From positions 45,260,001 through 45,324,000 of the forward strand of contig NC_083288.1 in NCBI RefSeq assembly GCF_963506605.1: a stretch of 64,000 nt of DNA, in the 5' to 3' direction. The stretch comes from Zootoca vivipara (lineage: Eukaryota). How positions within the stretch are numbered: the stretch's first letter is position 1; each line of letters starts with the position of its first letter. The translations under genes were made by a program, and so were the position numbers. Shown in pieces: positions 59,406 through 64,000 of this stretch. The notes beneath the pieces were generated by a model. That model saw only the letters and a list, made by a program, of their open reading frames with translations. It ran no database searches and had not been told where the DNA came from.

Positions 59406-62400
59406 ATGGTGAGGCACTTGCTGCTGCTGCTGCTGCTGCTGCCTCACACAATGTGCAGGACAATGAAGTGCCTTGCCGTTGATCCAATCTCTGTGCCTCA
59501 TGAATGGTACCAGGCAGGTGACCTCCTCATTGGTGGGATTGCTTCTCAGATCACTTACTACTTTAGTGAATTATTATTCAGGGAACATCCTTCTCAGGAC
59601 CTGTTTGACATGCCACAGTAAGCAATAATATGCCCCTCAATGAAAGGGATATAAACCAATCCTATATTACCTGAAAAGAGAAAATGTGTTGATAAGAACA
59701 ATGGGCACATTAGCAGTACATGGTCTCAGCCTACAGGATGGTACCGAAGTCAGTGAGCTAGCCTTAAGCAAATGAAGCTCGTCTGAACATTCATTCCTCC
59801 AATCTCTGTAACTACACCCTTTCATTCTTACCAAAGCAGCCAAGGAAGTTATAAGCATNNNNNNNNNNNNNNNNNNNNNNNNNNNNNNNNNNNNNNNNNN
59901 NNNNNNNNNNNNNNNNNNNNNNNNNNNNNNNNNNNNNNNNNNNNNNNNNNNNNNNNNNNNNNNNNNNNNNNNNNNNNNNNNNNNNNNNNNNNNNNNNNNN
60001 NNNNNNNNNNGCTAATTAAAAACAATGTACAGTAAATATAAAAGCATGGAGTATTCCTGTGACACCAAAAACTGTTAATGAAGGGTTGTATCGGTTAGCG
60101 GATTTTCTTTCTTCTTTTTTTGTTCTAATTTTTATGTATTATGTGATGTTGCATTCTGTTTTTAAGTTATGAACGGCACTTAGATCTACCAGAGAAGGGT
60201 AATATACTAATATAATAAATAAAAATACATTATTATTAGTAGTAGTAGCAGTAGTAGTATCATAAATAAGCTTGGGTGAACTTCTGTCACCATCAACAGG
60301 CAAAGTTTTCTTCAGTGATATAGTTTCTGGTATAAAGAAATAAATATGGATATATAAATGCAGAAAAGCATGGTGCAGGTGTGCCATCGAAAGGGAAATG
60401 AAATGCCAAAATCTGCAGGCAATGGAATTAACATAATTAATGTAAAGATACCAAATCACTCTTAAGACTGTGAAAAAGTTCATTCTGCTAGGATGCTTTG
60501 TGCTGAAATTGCAGAGGAGAAACCAAGAAAAGAGCAGGTGTGTCAAAGATACACTGCAGATCACAAATACAATTGCTCTCCACTTTCATCCCTTAGATTT
60601 TGGCTGAATGTGTTTTTTGAATAGGAAGAGGACATAACGGTCTCATGCATTAAAGTATTTTCCCTCCCTTTTTATATCTTCCCTGTTGACAGTGTAACAA
60701 CAAAGTTCTATCAGAACATCCTGGCCATTGTGTTTGCCATAAAAGAGATCAATGACAATCCGAAGATCTTGCCCAATGTCACCCTTGGCTTCCACATCTA
60801 TGACAGCTACTTTGATGCAAGAATGACCTATCGAACCACTTTGGACCTTCTCTTCAAATGGCAAATATTTGTCCCCAACTACAAATGTGACACTCAGAAA
60901 AACCTGATCGCTGTGATTGGAGGACTTACTTCTGACACCTCTATCTACATGGCAGATGTCTTAAATCTCTACAGGGCTCCACAGGTAGAATCAGTGCATA
61001 GGGGAATGTGGGGAAGTTTCATTTGACATTCTTTGATTCAGAAGGAAAAGTGAAATATTAGTGTGTGAAAGAAATAGCCAGAAATTCCATTACTTTCAGA
61101 TAACTAAAAAATATTGAGCCAGGATTTTTCTTCCATTACTATTTCGAGTTCCACCTTCAACCATCTTTAGGAAATGTTCTCCTAAATTATCATTTTCTTT
61201 TAGCTCACCTATGGCTCATTTGCTTCAGAGGAGATTCAATCAAGGCAGACAACCTTTTATAGCATGGTCCCAATGGAAGCCCATCAATATGTAGGGATTA
61301 TCCAGTTACTTCAGTACTTCAAATGGATATGGGTTGGGCTCTTCGTTGTGAATAGTAATAGTGGGGAATATTTTTTGAGGACCCTGGAGCTATTGTTTTC
61401 CAACAATGGGATCTGTTCAGCCTTCACAAAAAGAATCCCACTTCAAGCTCATATGGATAATATGGAAGGAATGTATGATATAATGAGAAGTATTGATGAA
61501 GGTCTCGTAGATGAAAAGGCCACTGCAGTTATATTCTATGGAGACTATGGGGCAATTTCATGGCTGAGAACTGTTTCACTTTTCCAAGATATTGGAGGTA
61601 AGCAAAACATAACATTTGGGAAGGTCTGGATCATGACAGCCCAGATAGATTTTGTATCAACCGGACACCAGAGGACCTGGGATTTTCAGCTGTTCCAAGG
61701 TGCTCTTTGCTTTACAATTCACTCAGAAGAGCTCCCAAAGTTCAACCAATTCCTTCAGAACATCCAAACACACAGGACCAAAGCAGATGGCTTTTGGAAG
61801 GACTTCTGGGAGCAGGCATTTGACTGTCTCTTTCCAGATCCAAGTATGCTTGTCATGGATGATGGAACGTGTACTGGAGAGGAGAGGCTGGATAGTCTCC
61901 CTGCAGGTGTTTTTGAAATGCACATGACTGGGCAGAGCTACAGTATCTACAATGCTGCCTATGCTGTAGCTCATGCATTGCATGCCATTTACTCATCCAG
62001 ATCCCTGCACAGAGCAGTGACCGCTGGTTACAGTGTTGGATTTCCATCTCTGCAGCCTTGGCAGGTAATGTTGCAGAGCCAAATATTCTCATGTCAATGA
62101 ACTGATTAACAGGAGGAGAACAGGAAGTTGCTTTATACAAGATGAGGTCTGTCAACCTTCTGTTTCAGTATTGTGTACACTGTCTGGTTTGGGCTGTCCA
62201 GAGTTCGAGACAAGATGAGATTCCGAGTTTTACCAGAAGATTCTGGGGATTGAATCTGGGCCCTTTCCATGCAAGGAGATGCTCAACCAGGGAGATGCTC
62301 CCCTTTACTGGCCCTCTTCTCATATGTAAAAAAAAACCAGATGTATAAATATTCTGCATCTTAGACATGGTTACTCCCTTGCTCGTTTACATTTCGTCTT

Positions 62401-63106
62401 ATAACTTGACCTTGGAATCTGCTTCAGTTGGGAACCTCAAATAGTTTGATTCTTCTTTTTCTTTTTAAATAGATCAACTCCTTTCTTCAAGGTGTTTCAT
62501 TTAACAACTCAGCGGGAGAAACGGTATCATTTAATGATAACAGGGAAATGAGAGGAGGATTTGATATCATGAATTTGGTCACATTCGCAAACACGTCTTT
62601 CCAGAGAGTGAAAGTTGGATGGGTGGGTCTCAGTGATAGAGGAGATAAAGAGTTAATCATCGAGGAGGACAAAATTCTATGGCACCAAAGTTTTAACCAG
62701 GTACGGATTGTAGTTACGAACTGCAGAGAGTTATTAGTTTAAAGCTGCTAAATAACAACAGGAATAAAAAGAACAATAATAATGTCTAGTGGATTCAGAA
62801 ATATGATGGTAAATTGATATGGCAAATCTCCCTTTTCCCACTTTGAAATCAGTATTACCTTGAAAGTGCACTAAAATAATGCCCCCTTCTTAACACACTT
62901 AACACACATTACTGAAGCTTAAGATGGCTCTGTGGGTGACATATATGAAAGCTCTTCCACCCCCTACTCCTTTCTATAGGTGCTCCCCCTTTCTTTGTGC
63001 AATGAACCCTGCCACTCTGGTCATCAGAAGAAAAGGAAGGAAGCGGAAAAGTTTTGTTGCTATGATTGTGCTCCATGCCCAGAGGGGAAGATTTCAAACC
63101 AGACTG
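59406..63106 (+). CDS. Vomeronasal type-2 receptor, gene F (exons 1-5; 7TM exon beyond window)
   Basis: Exons 59406-59617, 60693-60984, 61204-62064, 62473-62700 and 62980-63106, all open with GT-AG. The window ends in distal intron 5. Confidence 0.88.
59859..60010. other. Assembly gap
   Basis: Run of N. Confidence 0.99.
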
Positions 63107-64000
63107 GTAGGTAAAGCTGTTGCATCCTGATTACCAAATAAAAAGACTGAGAAGCAGGCAGGGCTTGAGCTGGGTCACTTTTATATAGTGAACATAACAA
63201 GATCAGCAGAGGAGGATAAATTTAAAAGGCAGAATTGTAGCTATTGGGTGACATATAGGTCTTTATTTCAGCCAGAACTCAGAAGAACTCAGTTCTGGTA
63301 CCTCTCAGGTGGGCACCATTGCCATTCTAAGAGAAGGAGGGAACTGTTCATGGTAAATTGAAACTAATCAACCCTTGCCTATATGGTCACTTATGGAGCA
63401 GAGCCCACTTCCCTTAGCAAACTAAGGAATAGGAGGAATTGGGGGGTGTATGCATACCCTGAATTAAAAGGAGCTATGAAAGGAAAAGCTTCAGGCCAGC
63501 AAACAGAAGCATTTGCTCTCATACAATCTGGGGTCTCCGATTGAATTTGAACCCCTACCTGACCCTGCCTTGCTTTGCAATTGTGCTAGAAGATTAATTG
63601 CTGCTTCACTAGAGGAAGCAAGAGTCCTCTGGTATAAATCAAACTATGATTGTGGGAGGGAGAAAAACCAAAAGCCTCAGCAAAGGAGGGAAAGCCATGA
63701 TAGGCTAGAATGCGCCTCCTCAAAAGATAGCAACTGGCAGGCTGCAAGCGAAAGGGAGCATAGAGAGGCCCCTGCATGAACGAACAAGTGTTACAGGGGC
63801 TGGGAATCAAACCAAAAGGTTTGCGCCTTATGTTGGACCCTAAAGTGGACCTCCCCATCTCATACCACTTTAAAATGTGACAATATGTTCACTGCTGGTT
63901 GGTGGGCTGTCTCTCATGGCCAATGTGCCACAAATGTGTCTCGGCAGCCAATGTTGCTGTGGTGGAACAGCCATAATGTACAATTTGTCACAATACATGG

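Overview
Eukaryotic (squamate, probably lacertid lizard) DNA holding a young cluster of vomeronasal type-2 receptor (V2R, class C GPCR) genes with the usual 6-exon layout (exons of about 209/292/861/228/127/902 bp). Gene A (-) and genes C, D and E (+) are open through all six exons. Gene F (+) is open through exon 5 and runs off the window. Gene B (-) is a promoter fused to the 7TM exon alone. B/A are an inverted duplicate of C/D, and the paralogues are recombinational mosaics. At 1.9-2.4 kb there is a T-cell-receptor alpha-type V segment with a 23-type RSS, disrupted by a Penelope-like insert that carries a degenerate hammerhead ribozyme. Intron 2 of gene D holds a full-length, apparently intact APE-RT LINE. 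Its ORF1 and ORF2 are in one frame, separated only by TGA-CTA, which suggests stop-codon readthrough. The rest is TE debris (L2, CR1, BovB, RTE, L1, Ngaro/DIRS, solo LTRs, MITEs), microsatellites and two N gaps. All family assignments come from motif recognition; no database search was run.
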